The notes under the pieces are model-generated. The model did not search any database, had not been told where the DNA came from, and saw nothing but the letters and a program-made list of their open reading frames with translations. 64,000 nt of DNA from Eledone cirrhosa (taxonomy: Eukaryota): NCBI GenBank assembly GCA_964016885.1, contig OZ024740.1, positions 413,354,001-413,418,000 on the forward strand, given 5' to 3'. The position numbers and the translations under genes were made by a program. This document shows, in pieces, positions 14,624 to 27,897 of the stretch. How positions within the stretch are numbered: the first letter of the stretch is position 1; the number at the start of each line of letters is the position of its first letter.

Positions 14624-16090
14624 AAACTCCTTTAACCATCTTTTGTTCTTATATATATATAATATATAAGAACAAAAGATGGTTAAAGGAGTTCCATGTA
14701 TTTTATTATGCGCATTTCAAAAACAAACATCATCATGCAATAATATTTGTGTTTTCATCAGATAAAACAGGAGGACATGATATGAAGGCTAAAAAACACT
14801 TGTGGATAGTGCAGTTTTAAATCAACATATGAGAAGTAGTTTTAGATTGATGTGTGATATTGGGAAAAATATTTTATTTAGAGGGGGGGGGGGAGGATGA
14901 AAAAAAGAGGAGGAGATAAGAGTGAAGGTGGAGAGGGAGGAATATAATGAGGAAGGATGAGATAGGAGGAGAGATGGGTGATAGAGAGAGAGAGATAGTT
15001 TTTATAACTGAGAAAGATATATTGTTTTACATAGAGAGGTTGAAAACCGTTGGAAGATAATGTATAAATTAAAAGAATTTGAAAATTAACGAAGGTAAAA
15101 ATATGTGCGAAGAAGGAGAGGGAGTTAATATGTATTGAGAATAATGAGTTTGATGATAGAGAGAAGAGAATAATGAATTGCGGATGAATATTCTAACGTC
15201 AAAAAAAAAAATGTATATGTTTACGAAGGATTTTTATAAGGTGATATAAATTTTGAATGTGTTGTATTATGTAATAATTGATTCTATGTTAGGCAAGAGT
15301 GAGAAAAGGTACAGATTAGGGGTTAGATATTAGAGGAGAGGAAAAGGAAGTGATAAATATGGGTGGTGTAGAAAGAGTCTACAAGTATTAAGGAAATTTG
15401 AAAATTAACGAAGAGAAAAAAAAATGTAAAGTTAAGGTTTGTATATTGAAGGATTTGAGCAAATAATGTGAAGTTAAGGTTTGTATATTGAAGGAATTGA
15501 TAATATGTGCGAAGAAAAAGAAAATGTTAATATGTATTGAGAATGAGTTAGATGATAGGGAGAAAAAAATAATGAATTAAGGATGAATAATCTTGCGTCA
15601 AAACAAATGTATATGTTTACGAAGGATTTTACATGGTGAAATAGAGTAAGGGTAATGAGTAAACAAGTATTATAGAGTGTATAATACCCTTTGAAATAAG
15701 GTAGGAAGATGGGTATATTTTAAAAGAGGTGTATGTATATGTGCCTTTGAGAAAAAGATTCTAAATTGATAAAGAATTGAATATTAGCTGTATACTTTGT
15801 GAAATGTTTTATGGAATTTATGCAAGTAGATAGAAAACAAGACAGTTCGTCTATTTATTATAGAATCTAGATTAGAGATAATGGTAAATTTTTCATTTAG
15901 GCAAAGATTGCAGATTTTAGATAGAGAACTGTTCAAGTATATGGACGCAGAAGAAACCTTCTTCCAAAAGATGGTATATTTAAAGTTTTTGTTCTTATAT
16001 ATTATGTATACTCCAGTCCTACAAACTGTAGAGTGCTTCTTATCCGATATCTGCATTGCTTTATTGTGCTACAATAAAACTCACCTCCTA
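14624..16090 (-). mobile_element. Decayed PLE 3' end: GIY-YIG tail (15784-16056), pyrimidine-rich 3' UTR, HHR and terminal fold-back
   Basis: YTIFWKKVSSASIY...KICNLCLNEKFTII...IINRRT...LH matches the C-termini of the other PLEs here. Confidence 0.75.
14699..14769 (-). ncRNA. Type I hammerhead ribozyme with long stem II
   Basis: TGTTTTAT-CTGATGA-[~16-bp stem II with G-U pairs]-GAAA-TGCGCA-TA-ATAAAATA; canonical core, palindromic stem III, AUA site. Confidence 0.85.
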
Positions 16091-16091
16091 C

Positions 16092-16145
<54 letters not shown>

Positions 16146-16184
16146 CGAAACAAGTCAATTGCATGAACTCATAATCCTTTATTT

Positions 16185-16240
16185 ACTGCTATATATATTT
16201 CGATGATTGCCATAGAATGGCTATGACCTCATCAGGCAGT
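16185..16240 (-). ncRNA. Type I hammerhead ribozyme in the 3' pLTR
   Basis: ACTGC-CTGATGA-long stem II-GAAA-TATATA-TA-GCAGT, followed by AATAAA. Confidence 0.88.
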
Positions 16241-17271
16241 TAGTCAGTTCTTAGATATGCCAGCTCTGTGTTTATAGTGTTGATGCCTTGGGACATATGA
16301 GCTTGTTAGGGATAATTTAATGTTGTCAGCAGGAATAATCTTAATTCTCATTGGTCAGTTTGTAGATGCTAGTAGGGTTGGTATTTGACCTCAAAGAGGC
16401 AGGTGGTGTTGTAAAGTTCAAACCATCAGGCAAGATGACAATAGTTCCATATGACTGATTTTCACAAAAAGCATTCCGTGTCAGATATATATTCAATTAA
16501 GGTTAATAGTATGAAAGAGATACAGGTCATTCTTACATGGAGGAATTTATGTGGAGTTGTGCTACTGAAAATTATGGTTAGAGTAGAACATTTACAAATA
16601 AAAAGACTTATGTAGGTTGGCTTGCATGTACACCCATCACACCCACCTCCACAGACACACACACACACATCCACACATACATATTGAGGAATTAATGTGG
16701 GGTGGTAATACTTAAAATAATGGTTAGAGTCAAATACTTAGATAGTTTAGAAAAAATTTATAAATAAAAGGCTTATGTTGGTTGACTTGTACATACACTC
16801 ACACCTGCCCCCTCAGACACACACACATCTACACACACAAATCCTTACAGGTATGTATATATGTATATGTACGCACAAGTATATATATATATATATATAA
16901 AATACATATATATATATAAAACATATATATATATAAATTATATATATGTATAAAATATATATATATATATAAAATATATATACATATATAAAATATATAT
17001 ATATATAAAATATACATACATATATATATACAAAATACATATATATATATATATATATAAAATACACATATATACACATACAAAATATATATATACACAT
17101 AATATATATATATAACATAGAGGTTCAATAAAACTTGGTTTTGATGACTCCTAACCAGTAGAGGATACGGTGGACCATCCACCATAGGAACCACAAACTA
17201 TGGGTGGTTGTTGTTGTCCATTGGTCATTGGTACCTACAAGGGTGCGTTGTTGGAGGCCTTAACCGGGGTT

Positions 17272-19903
17272 TATCCATATAGCTTGAGGAAAGTTCCCGT
17301 CCTTAGGTGTCTGTAGGCATCGAATAATTCGGCCCTTCTGTTTAATAGCTTGGTTCCGCCATGAAGAATCGCGAGTGTCTCACTAAGACAGAGGTTGCAA
17401 ATACCAGACCCGTCTCTGTCGGGGGGAACCTTTCTAACCACGGACCAGACCAGAGAGTGCGGGGTCTTTTCAACTTTGACTTCAGATCAATTCAGAAAGG
17501 GCCGTACATTTCCTCTTATCTATTCTGTTAAAGGAATTGCGATGGTTATACCACCGATCTTTGAAGCTCGTCGCTGTAGATCCTATGTAGTGGTGCTCCG
17601 AGTTAGGGGTTGTGACCTTGCACCTGTAGACTACGTTTTTCGTCATGCATTCATTACTAAGGGGGCATAGTGATGGGTCTCTGCAATTACATGACTTCTT
17701 AAGCCCCATCACATGTACCGCCTGGTTACCATCACTCGGGGCTGGCTGGGTAACCTCCGCAATCAGCACAGGGTCATTGGATTCCGGTGTGCTAGTTGGG
17801 CCTGTCCAGGTTCCGGTGCGTCCCCCGTGCTGGTTCTGTTAGGTGGCTCAAGGGTTTACGGTGGTATTAGAGGCAGTGAGCCTATTCCTATATATGCCAG
17901 CTATGTGCTGGGCTACGGAGCGTGTGGTTGAGTCGGAAAGTTTCACTGTGTGCCTGTTGAATATTTTATGGTATGTGTGGGCCCTAGCGAAACAATTATC
18001 CAGTACTCTAAAGAATATTCTAGCCATGCTGGTATGTAGACCCACCGAATACGGAGGGTTATACCATGTGACCTTCCTGGTCCTATCCTTGCGGGGTTGT
18101 TGGGTGTCCGCCGTGGTCCATCGCGTGGTTGTGCACAGCTCAAGTCGAGCCCGGTTGGTGTCACTCAGGTGTGCGAAGCGGTCACTATCCTGAGGGTTAT
18201 ATGGGCCCACCGTGGGGCTATAAACATGTGAGGTGCGGCCTCCCTGCTCAATTAGGATTCGACGGGTGGTGGGGCCGGTGCAGGAGTGCCTATGCTCCTC
18301 AGCACAGTGGTCTTCAGCGTTGTAGGTATTAGACCGGTGGGGTAGGGTGGACCTTCTACCGGGGGGGGGTGACGGATAGGGGTCTGGGAGTGTTACTACT
18401 GGTCACCGGGGTATTAGGTGGGCGACTCATTCCCCTGAGGGTATTGGTATGGGGTACCCTTGGGTCATCTCGATCATGCCCCTTAGCTGATTTTATGGCT
18501 GTGGGACGCCTTGGCATGCGTTGAGTTATAGTAATTAGCGTTACTATTGAAGATCTCTTTATTGGCCGACAAGTTAGAGATCCTGTCAGAGACACTCTTA
18601 ACTACGGCCTTAACTATAGATCTAGGGTGATTGGACCCAGCGTTGATATACACCAGCCTCTCATTGGGTTTATGATATGGGTGGTGTAGCATGGTGTTGA
18701 GGTTGAGGGTGGTGTCCAGGAAATTCACTACTTTTCTATTGGGTTCCATCTCTACTTTAAGTCCTACTTTAAGTGCCTAATTCTTCTCTTCATATTTTCG
18801 AACATTGTGGTGCTGTGGTCCACTACGGTGAAGAGTGAGTCGTCTCGGTACAGCCCGCCACCCAGGTTGGGTATTTCTCTCCTGATCTCGTAGAGTATGT
18901 ATATCCCAACCAAGTCCCTTAGCTGCGCGGAGTCACTGGAGCCCATTGTAATGTCAAAATTATTTGGCCTATCGCTCCGGGTCTATATATCCCCACCGAA
19001 TGGGATCAGGGTCTTTCTGGCGGCGTGTATGATTCGGACCTCGTCGTGTGTTAGGTCTGTCCTATTCGTCGCGAATATGTGTGCATTGTTCTGGACTATG
19101 GGCGAGATAGAGGAGACGTAATTGTTGATGTCTAGATGTATGAAGCTAGTCCTATGTTTGTCAGGTAAAAATGTAAACCAGTCCAGCACCTGGCTGGTGC
19201 AGGACCAGAGTTGTAACTTTATTTTACTCTTAAGTGTGGGCAGGATCCTATCTAAAATGCTTTTGCTAATAACACCCATGTCCGACCGGGATGGGGCTAT
19301 CAGTCTGACCGGCACGTTAGACTCGAAGTTTGGTTTGTGGTCCTTAATGGTAATCCTCGGCTCCCTTGGTTGGTATGGGGCCATCATATCATTTATACCG
19401 AGACCAGATACGATCTCATAAGCCTTGATGTTGATATCCTCCATGGTAGCCTCGGGCGTTTTTTTGTAGCTTTTTCTCAATTCCCTGAGGATTAGCCCAT
19501 GGTAAAGTTGAACGTCCATTCTGTAAAGGTTGTTGGTTTTGTCGGCATGGACGAGTATTCCTGTGGATTCCTTAAGCTCGGTAATTCTATTTTCCAGTCG
19601 TCTAAGGAATTCTCGACCCCGATATGTTGGTCGGAAAATTTGATGTTGGAGATGATGCCAATCATTTCGTTCTCGAACTCTTCCAATAGCCTGTTGTGGG
19701 GGGGGGGGGGTTCTTCTTGATCTGAAGAGGCACTCAATGGTTTTTTGGATATTAATATTGGGGTTTCCTCTATCAAAGTGATAAGCCCTCCACCTCATCC
19801 TGCATATTAGGGAGTCAGTACTTCTAGTGAGATTCGTGGTGTATTCTCTTTTACCCGGTAATGGGATGTCCTTCAGTGATGCCAGATTGGTGAGTTTATT
19901 CAT
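17272..19903 (-). pseudogene. PLE reverse transcriptase-GIY-YIG polyprotein with frameshifts and stops
   Basis: RMRWRA; ADKTNNLY; KDHKPNF...VRLI; LDINNY; MGSSDSAQL; GLYRDDSL; VNFLDTTLNL; SNHP; WYNPPYS; CNCRDPSLCPLSNECM; VVY...YIG; CNLCLSE. Confidence 0.93.
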
Positions 19904-20081
19904 ATTGGCTGTGGTCCGCTACTGTATGAAGCGCTCAACAGCGTGTGGAGCATGGGGTAAGCATGTTGGTAAAATCCAGTACTTCAGTATGCGGATAGGG
20001 AGCACTCAACGAAGATATAAGTTCGGAGTTATAATAGTGATGAAACATAAGTCAATTGAATGAACTCATAATCCTTTATTT

Positions 20082-20137
20082 ACTGCTATATATATTTCGA
20101 TGATAGCCATTGAATGGCTATGACCTCATCAGGCAGT
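20082..20137 (-). ncRNA. Type I hammerhead ribozyme in the 5' pLTR
   Basis: ACTGC-CTGATGA-GGTcATAGCCAT tca ATGGCTATcATC-GAAA-TATATA-TA-GCAGT. Confidence 0.9.
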
Positions 20138-20961
20138 TAGTCAGTTCTTAGATATTCCAGCTCTGTGTTTATAGTGCTGATGGTATAGAGCCTTGGGACA
20201 TATGAGCTTGTTAGGAATAATTTAATGTTGTCAGTAGGAATAGTCTTAATTCTCATTGGTCAGTTTGTAGATGCTAGTAGGGTTGGTATTTGACGTCAAA
20301 GAGGCAGGTAGTTTTGTAAAGTTCAAACCGTCAGGCAAGATGACAATAGTTCCATATGACTGATTTTCACAAAAAGCATTCCGTGTCAGATATATATTCA
20401 ATTAAGGTTAATAGTATGAAATAGAAGCTACAGGTCATTCTTACATTGAGGAATTTATGTGGAGTGGTGCTACTGAAAATTATGGTTAGAGTAGAAAGTT
20501 TACAAATAAAAAGACTTATGTAGGTTGGCTTGCACGGACACTCACACCCACCTCGACACATCCACACATACAAATTGAGGAATTAACGAGGGGTGGTAAT
20601 ACTTAAAATAATGGTTAGAGTCAAATACTTAGATAGTTTAGAAAGAATTTAGAAATAAAAGGCTTATGTTGGTTGACTTGTACATACACTCACACCTGCC
20701 GCCTCAGACACACAAATATCTACACACAAATCCATACAGGTGTGTATATATATATATATGTACGAACAAGTATATATATATATATATATATAAAATACAT
20801 ATATATATATAAAATATATATATATAAAATACATATATATATATAAAACATATATATATATATAAAATATATATATATATATAATATATATACATATATA
20901 TAAAATATATATATATATATGAAATATATATATATATAAAATATACATACATATATATAAA

Positions 20962-21032
<71 letters not shown>

Positions 21033-21057
21033 ATATATATATATATAGATATATATA

Positions 21058-21826
21058 TATATTTATTAAAATAACAGATTAAACTTTAAGCAAAGAATCG
21101 CTGCTTTCACCCTTAACGGGATCTTCTGAAACTAACAAAGTCAATCTGTAAACACAGAACTGGATATTTCAAAAAACGTTGCTACCGGAGGAAGACAGGA
21201 AGACGATACTTTGGTTCGTGGTAACGTTCGCTGGCAAAGAACGGGAAAAAACGAATAATACGTCATTAATAGGAGCGGTGAAAAACAATTACGCGCAAAG
21301 ACAGAACCACGTTTATGGTATAAAAGAGGTCGTAGACTAATGTTCTCTTAGGTGGTGCATAGAGACGTTCTCTGGCAATGAACGAAAAAAACGAAGATAA
21401 TAAGTCATATGTGGAGCGGGGAGAACAATAGCACGCAAAGACAAAATCACGTAAATGGTAAGCAGAAGTCGTAGACTAAAATTCTAACTAGGAGACCAAA
21501 TGAATCTCCGCTACAGAGTTAAGAACAAAGTAAATAAATACAATACAGAAGTAATAGAAACAAATAAATACATACACGCAAACAGATACGTACATACACA
21601 AGCATACGCAAAACCTTACCATAGCTATACAAAACCAGGCACATATAAATATGTGTGTGTGTGTATGCTTGTGTACAAATAAATAAATAATTATATAAAC
21701 GTATAGATCGTGCTTAAACTTTAATCTGTTATTTTAATAAATATTTGCTCTACGGTTCTTATATATTTGATATATATTTCCCTTATCGAGCCCTCTTTGG
21801 ATTTTAGTCTTCAATTTTATTATTAT

Positions 21827-21830
<4 letters not shown>
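21058..21830 (-). mobile_element. Solo pLTR and 3' UTR of the 2.8-4.9 kb PLE family with inverted tail; CAGAAGA HHR at 21074-21149
   Basis: 21058-21705 is the reverse complement of ~4240-4890; 21711-21830 is an inverted pLTR end. Confidence 0.85.
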
Positions 21831-21859
<29 letters not shown>

Positions 21860-21872
<13 letters not shown>

Positions 21873-21910
21873 CACATATATACACATATAAAATATATAT
21901 ATATATACAC

Positions 21911-21952
<42 letters not shown>

Positions 21953-22389
21953 CAGCTTCAATGAAACGTGGTTTTGATGACAGTAGAGGATCCGGTGGAC
22001 CATCCACCATAAGGACCACACACTATGGGTGTTTGTTGTTGTCCATTGGTCATTGGTACGGGGTGTAGGGGACCTACATGAGGGGGGGGGCTGTGGGAAG
22101 CCTTAACCGGGGTTTGTCCATATAGCTTGAGGAAAGTCCCCATCCTTAGGTGTTTGCAGGCACCGAATAATCGACCCTTCTGTTTAATATCTTGGTTCCG
22201 CCATGAAGTATCTCAGGTGTCTCACTAAGACAGAGGTTGCAAATACCAGACCCGTCTCTGTCTGGGGGAACCTTTCTAACCACGGGCCAGACCAGAGAGT
22301 GCGGGGTCTTTTCAAGGTTGAGCTTCCAGATCAATTCAGAAAGGGCCGTATATTTCCTCTTACCTATTCTGTTATAGGAATGGCGATGG

Positions 22390-22393
<4 letters not shown>
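21860..22393 (-). mobile_element. Second 3' fragment of the 16-21 kb PLE family (GIY-YIG C-terminus plus UTR)
   Basis: Highly similar to 17050-17550; IWKLNLEKTPHSLVW...ICNLCLSE. Confidence 0.85.
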
Positions 22394-22443
<50 letters not shown>

Positions 22444-22500
22444 ACGTGGGAAAGTAAAAAATCGGAGAATAGACCGTTAAAACATGTTTATTTAAAACAA

Positions 22501-22540
22501 CACCTACGTACGTTTCGCCCAGTTGGGATTCTCAAGGGCA
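22501..22540 (-). ncRNA. Minimal hammerhead with TTGAGAA (U3-A8) core
   Basis: TGCCC-TTGAGAA-tCCCaactGGGc-GAAA-CGTACG-TA-GGTG. Confidence 0.6.
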
Positions 22541-22841
22541 TAAATAATCGCAAGTGTTCCTTATATTGCTCGGAAAGAGTGTTTGGGGTTAAATCTACAT
22601 CAAGATTCATTGCTCGCAAAAATATCTTGTTTTGATTTTGCAGCAGGTCAGGGGAGGTAACTCTGGTCGGTGTTAGTGCAGTCTTTCCCGGACAATTTCT
22701 TCTTTTTTTTTTTATATCCCTTGCCGCAACTGTTTGTCTGAGGCTGTGTCTGGTACGCAAGGATTGTTTCCTGGGTGTTATTTTGCAGCGCCTGCCCGCC
22801 GGGGTGTTAAGAATTGTTGCCGGGAGATCCGGTGTACGGTT

Positions 22842-24045
22842 TCACTCCTCATCCTTAACCCATCTGAAGAAGGATATTTTTAAGCGATGTGTACAACTTA
22901 TCGCTGTTTCAGCTCTGCTGTTGATGAGCTCGTGGGGTGCAGTTATGATGTGGTAGAGCTCCATGAGGCAAAGATCGCATTTCCTCTTGAAGTTGTACGG
23001 TGCAGCCCTGCTGACAATCTCCCAGTGCGTGGAGAAGTTGATGTTTAATTCCTTTAGTGATGTGATGTAGTCCGCGAGCGAAGTGGAGTGCCTTAGTTTT
23101 CTATTTGTGGAAGAGTGGAGATGTGTTCGAAACCTAATTTTGAACGGGCCAGAGGTAGCCCCTATATAATGTTTAACGCTATTGTGGCTGGTAATAGTGC
23201 ATCTATATATAACCCTATCAGTCAAGCAGTATCATCTAAGGGTGCAGCGTCTTCTGTCGCGGCAGTTGCAATTTCTGTCGCGGTTCCGTCTATTTCCCAC
23301 GGTAAGGCTATCATTGTTGCTGCCTACGTTGTTACCTACGCTACCGCAGTTGTCGTTAGCACCATTTCAACCCACAGCACGCGGGGTGGTGCGATTGATA
23401 CTCCGCACGTCATGTCCTGCATGGTCTCCAGTCATTTCGCGGTTATGCTGGTTGCGTCTGCGGATGCCGTTGCCAACACTATTGGATGCTACCAGGGAGT
23501 TGTTAAGGCCGATATAGTTATTGTCAGGTGTAGGTGCGTCTGTGTCGAGGTGTTGTGTCTTGGTGATCTTACTGTGGTTCGTTGTTCCTATGATGTCTGC
23601 TAGGTTAGGAGTAGTGGAGTTGGATATTTTTATATTGTTCCTATTAAGAATTGTTCTATACCTATTGTTGGGCGGGAAGTTCTTCTCTAAGGCTTCGAAG
23701 AACATCCGGGGTATGTTGGAGGCCACACTCCGAGAGTAGGGGTGTGGAACCATAGGACGTTACGGTGGCGATTACGTGTCCTTGTACTTTTGCTACGGGT
23801 GGTTCCATCTAGGTGACCACTCTTATGTGTGTTAATGCGCAGTCGCCCGCTCAGTGCCCCTTTCACTTTATGCTCGGGTGCACTCTTCCTACCTCTTCCA
23901 TGTTTATGTACACGAAGATGATGGTTGGAAGGCGTTGGTAGTAGGCCGTCGCCTTTGTTGGTTTTGTAATAGGGGAATAGTTCGAGTAATCTACAGTGTT
24001 CACCGGCGCCGGGGTCGTGATCTTTGGTGCGATTATCTATTCTAT
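22842..24045 (-). pseudogene. PLE thumb/linker plus GIY-YIG fragment, frameshifted
   Basis: NVLWF..PYSRSVASNI...FPPNNRYRTILNRNNIKIS; CNCRDRRRCTL; VIYRC...YIGATSGPFKIRF...CDLCLME...CTH. Confidence 0.88.
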
Positions 24046-24337
24046 TATATCCGGATCTCCCTGCAACAAGTCTTAACACCCCGGCGGGCAGGCGCTGCAA
24101 AATAACACCCAGGAAACAATCCTTGCGTACCAGACCCAGCCTCAGACAAACAGTTGCGGCAAGGGGAAAAAAAAAAAAAAAATTGTCCGGGAAAGACTGC
24201 CCTAACACCGGCCAGAGTTACCTCCCTTGAACTGCTGCAAAATCAAAACAAGATATTTTTGCGAGCAATGAACCTTGATGTGGATTTAACCCCCAAAACT
24301 CTTTCCGAGCAATATAAGGAACACTTGTGATTATTTA

Positions 24338-24377
24338 TGCCCTTGAGAAGCCCAACTAGGCGAAACGTACGTAGGTG
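24338..24377 (+). ncRNA. Minimal hammerhead with TTGAGAA (U3-A8) core
   Basis: TGCCC-TTGAGAA-GCCcaactaGGC-GAAA-CGTACG-TA-GGTG. Confidence 0.6.
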
Positions 24378-24640
24378 CTGTTTTAAATAAACATGTTTTA
24401 ACGGTCTATTCTCCGATTTTTTACTTTCCCACGTGCTTACGCTCTGCTAACTCTCTAGCCCACTAAATATTAACACTTCGAATATTTAATACTGCCGGCA
24501 CTAGTATCGAGCACCTTTGGCATACGCTACTTGGCGTATGCCAAAGGTGCTCGATACTAATAACTATATGTATCACCTATCCTCCCCTTTTTTTTCTCTT
24601 TCTCGATACGTAAATACTGTATATATATATATATATATAT

Positions 24641-25373
24641 GAAAAAAGTTTGTCTTTCATCAGTGATCTTCCAACTATCATAGGCATTTCATCGCTTTAA
24701 AGACCATTTTTTTCATATGTAACCCATTTGCAACTCCGCAGCGCCCTTATTATCATATTTACACATATTTTTTCCTCTGCTGCTACACCGTTTTTTTTCG
24801 TTCTATGTATCTTTACCCTTTCTAGCAGTCTCTCTCTCTGTTAGCCTCTTCCTCACCCTTCACTCACTCATTCTCTGTCACTACCTCTCCTCTTCATCTT
24901 TCTTCCCGTTTGACCTGTGAGTAATTCTTTTCTCTCACATTCTCGGCCAAACTGGTCGGAATTTTTTTCTCTCTAGTCTACGATTTCACAGAATTTATGT
25001 TTACCGAATTCGCAGACCAGACCCCTTTTCCCTCTCGTTAGACCTGTTCGAAATTCCTTCCTTGCTCACATTTCAACCAGGTTTGATGGTCTTTATTCTC
25101 TCGTTCACGATTTCACCGAACTTAAATTCATAGAAATCTGGGACTTGTCTCCTTCTTCCTCACTTTCTGTTGCTTCACCATTTTGTTTGTTTACCCTCGC
25201 GTCCCCTTTATTTACGTGTCCCAACGACTTTGTTTAGCCGTTGCTCGCACCAACCGGAGGTATATGGTCTTTAAAGCGGTGAAATGCCTATGATAGTTGG
25301 AAGATCACTGATGAAGGACAAACTTTTTTCATATGTAACCCATTTGCAACTCCGCAGCGCCCTTATTATCATA
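24641..25373 (+). mobile_element. Non-coding pLTR-like insert with inverted (24641-24706 vs 25265-25330) and direct (24711-24757 vs 25326-25373) terminal pieces
   Basis: Repeats visible directly; (TA)n flanks; carries GAAA...TA-TGAT...ATCA-CTGATGA. Confidence 0.55.
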
Positions 25374-25527
25374 TATATATATACATATATAGAGGTATAG
25401 ATATATATACTTGTGTGCGTGTGAGTGTCTGAGTGTGTGTTTGCTAACGTGTATGTATGGGCTATCATGTCTTTCTGTGTGTGTCTTTCCCTATGTATGC
25501 TTCTGTAAAGATACGAATTTATGCATG

Positions 25528-25571
<44 letters not shown>

Positions 25572-25628
25572 TATATATATATATACACACACATATATAT
25601 ATATATACACACACATATATATATATAT

Positions 25629-25677
<49 letters not shown>

Positions 25678-25728
25678 CATACATATATATATATATATAT
25701 ACATATATATACATATATCTATATATAC

Positions 25729-25761
<33 letters not shown>

Positions 25762-25869
25762 CATACATACAGGCAGACAGACAGGCGCACAGACACAATC
25801 ACACATAGAGACGCACACTGGCACATACATACACACATATATATACATACATATATATATGTGTATATT

Positions 25870-25935
<66 letters not shown>
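25371..25935. repeat. Compound (TA)n/(CA)n/(TG)n microsatellite block
   Basis: Direct inspection; source of the long YI/HT/CV ORFs. Confidence 0.9.
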
Positions 25936-26278
25936 TCTATGCCTGTTTGTCTCTATGCGTGTTTGTCTCTGTGCGCCTGTCTGTCTGTGTATATCAGTGA
26001 AATACATAAGCTACGGTGAGGAAGTCGATAGCAGTTGATTTCGAATTAAAATCCCTTGTAGAATTTATACTTCACCAATTTGACTGGTGCAATCATATCA
26101 TTCTCCGCATTGATTCCATAGTAAACCTATGATTGGTCCATTGGGTATCAGTTGCTTATGTCGTTGCTCAAATATCTGATATACAATATCAGTTGATTGA
26201 CGATTACGTTCTATGTATATTATACTACAACTCATTCTCTCAAACGTCTACTACCTACATACATTATTAAATTTTTAA

Positions 26279-26468
26279 TGGTGGTGGATTGGCAGTATCG
26301 GTAGAGGGTCAGACGCCATGCTTTCTAGTATAGTTATATCCCTTTATGATCTGAGTTCAAATCCCGCCGAGGTTAACTTTGCCTTTCATCCTTACGAGGT
26401 CGATAAAATAAAGTACCAGTTATGTACTGCTAATTGCTGGCCTTGTGCCAAAAAGTAGAAACAATTAT
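26279..26468 (+). mobile_element. tRNA-derived SINE (Nin/Deu-domain family)
   Basis: A/B boxes plus family core; ATTATTAAATTTTTAA on both flanks, consistent with a TSD. Confidence 0.88.
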
Positions 26469-27660
26469 TAAATTTTTAACACGACCAACTATACATACGT
26501 TCTATACATAAAATTACTGCTTTACAAAGCCATGTATGGAATATATTTACAGATATTTAGACAAGGCCACTTAAATTTTGAATATTGTGGCTGTTAACAT
26601 ATCATCATCTCAATGATGGCTTATCAATGAACAACTTTCATTTTGAAAGTCAAACAGTCTATTGAACCTGTCAGCTATTTTTCATTTCATTGTTGACACG
26701 CAATTTACTTTATTCCATTCAAGTAGAGCAAAAATAGGTATTTTATCTCATTACCCACATTTAATGTCATAGTTAAAATAATTACCGTCTATTCATAGTC
26801 CTGAACATATAACCATTTGCCTTATGATTCATAGCCAATGTTACTATGTATAATTAAATCTCTTTCCCTTGATCTTTAACATTTTTATAAACTTTGCACT
26901 TTCTTAAGGTAAAACCGATATCCGACGAAGTTATTTCTATTCTAAAGTCCCCCGACATCACAGCCACAATGATATGAAAGACAACAGCGAAAAATTAATG
27001 GAATCTAAGATACAAATCTATTGTGAATATCAGATAAAAATCCATCGTTTCAGTTTGTAAATAATTTAACATCCAGCAACCGACAGCCTACTGCTATATT
27101 TCCAGTGTGGTGCATAAAATAGACAATCAATATATTATTTTAGTTTCTCAATGGAAGGTGAATGGCAGATCTCAATTATGTAACTCCCAATAAAGAAAAT
27201 TATAACTGAGAAGCGACTTTTGCATCAAATTTGTCTCTCTTTCTCTCCCTTTCCCCTCTATAATTTTTTTTTCTATAGTCCGAAATATTACAAATATACA
27301 GTAATTAGTAATTCGCTTTAATATATTAATTAAGCCCATCGTCAGAAATTGATTATTTGTGGGAAAACCTACAGCATCTATCAGCAAGAACAACATCCAC
27401 TCTGCGCCTGCCAAAATGCCAACGTGTCTAGTTCTTTTAAAGTATTTCAACGGCAGTTGAAGTAGCTCAACAATTATACTCTCTTTTAGTTAGGTTTCTA
27501 TAAAACCTTAAATGTCTTATATTAAATGGAATTTTGTGAATAATACAACATCGGTTACAGGCCTCCATCCCATTTGTTTCCATCTCCAACAGTATACTGT
27601 ATATCCAGGTTATATTAGCGATGCTTACAAATTCACCTATATATGTGTGTATATATATAC

Positions 27661-27709
<49 letters not shown>

Positions 27710-27723
27710 TTTTAATATAGATG

Positions 27724-27774
27724 AGATTCTACAGGACTAGAACTGTTTCATTCTTTAGAAATCATCAGGAATCT
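27724..27774 (-). ncRNA. Type I hammerhead ribozyme in a ~140-bp insert within (TA)n
   Basis: AGATTC-CTGATGA-tTTCtaaaGAAt-GAAA-CAG ttctagtc CTG-TA-GAATCT; GUA site. Confidence 0.8.
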
Positions 27775-27850
27775 GGGTATCAAAAAATAAGTATGGTATT
27801 ATAGGTCTCTTCAAGTGGTAGGAGAGGATGGGGTGTGGGATGGGTGTCGG

Positions 27851-27897
<47 letters not shown>

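Larger units (their letters stand above)
16141..20970 (-). mobile_element. Full-length, decayed Penelope-like element with ~0.9-kb direct pLTRs (16141-17115 and 20031-20970)
   Basis: Long direct repeats, each with an HHR and the same compound TA microsatellite, flank a broken RT-GIY-YIG ORF. Confidence 0.92.
22444..24622 (-). mobile_element. 5'-truncated PLE with inverted pLTRs (22444-22832 and 24049-24434)
   Basis: ~385-bp inverted repeats flank a PLE coding fragment; (TA)n on both sides. Confidence 0.88.

Noticed and set aside
17482-17484. In-frame TGA in the PLE nuclease as selenocysteine recoding (as in some Naiad PLEs)
   Set aside because: The paralogue at ~22.33 kb has TGG (Trp) here and the element has other disabling lesions
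25271-26038. Long YI/HT/CV-rich ORFs here and at 2.5, 5.3, 16.8, 20.7 and 48.2 kb
   Set aside because: Translations of (TA)n, (CA)n and (TG)n microsatellites
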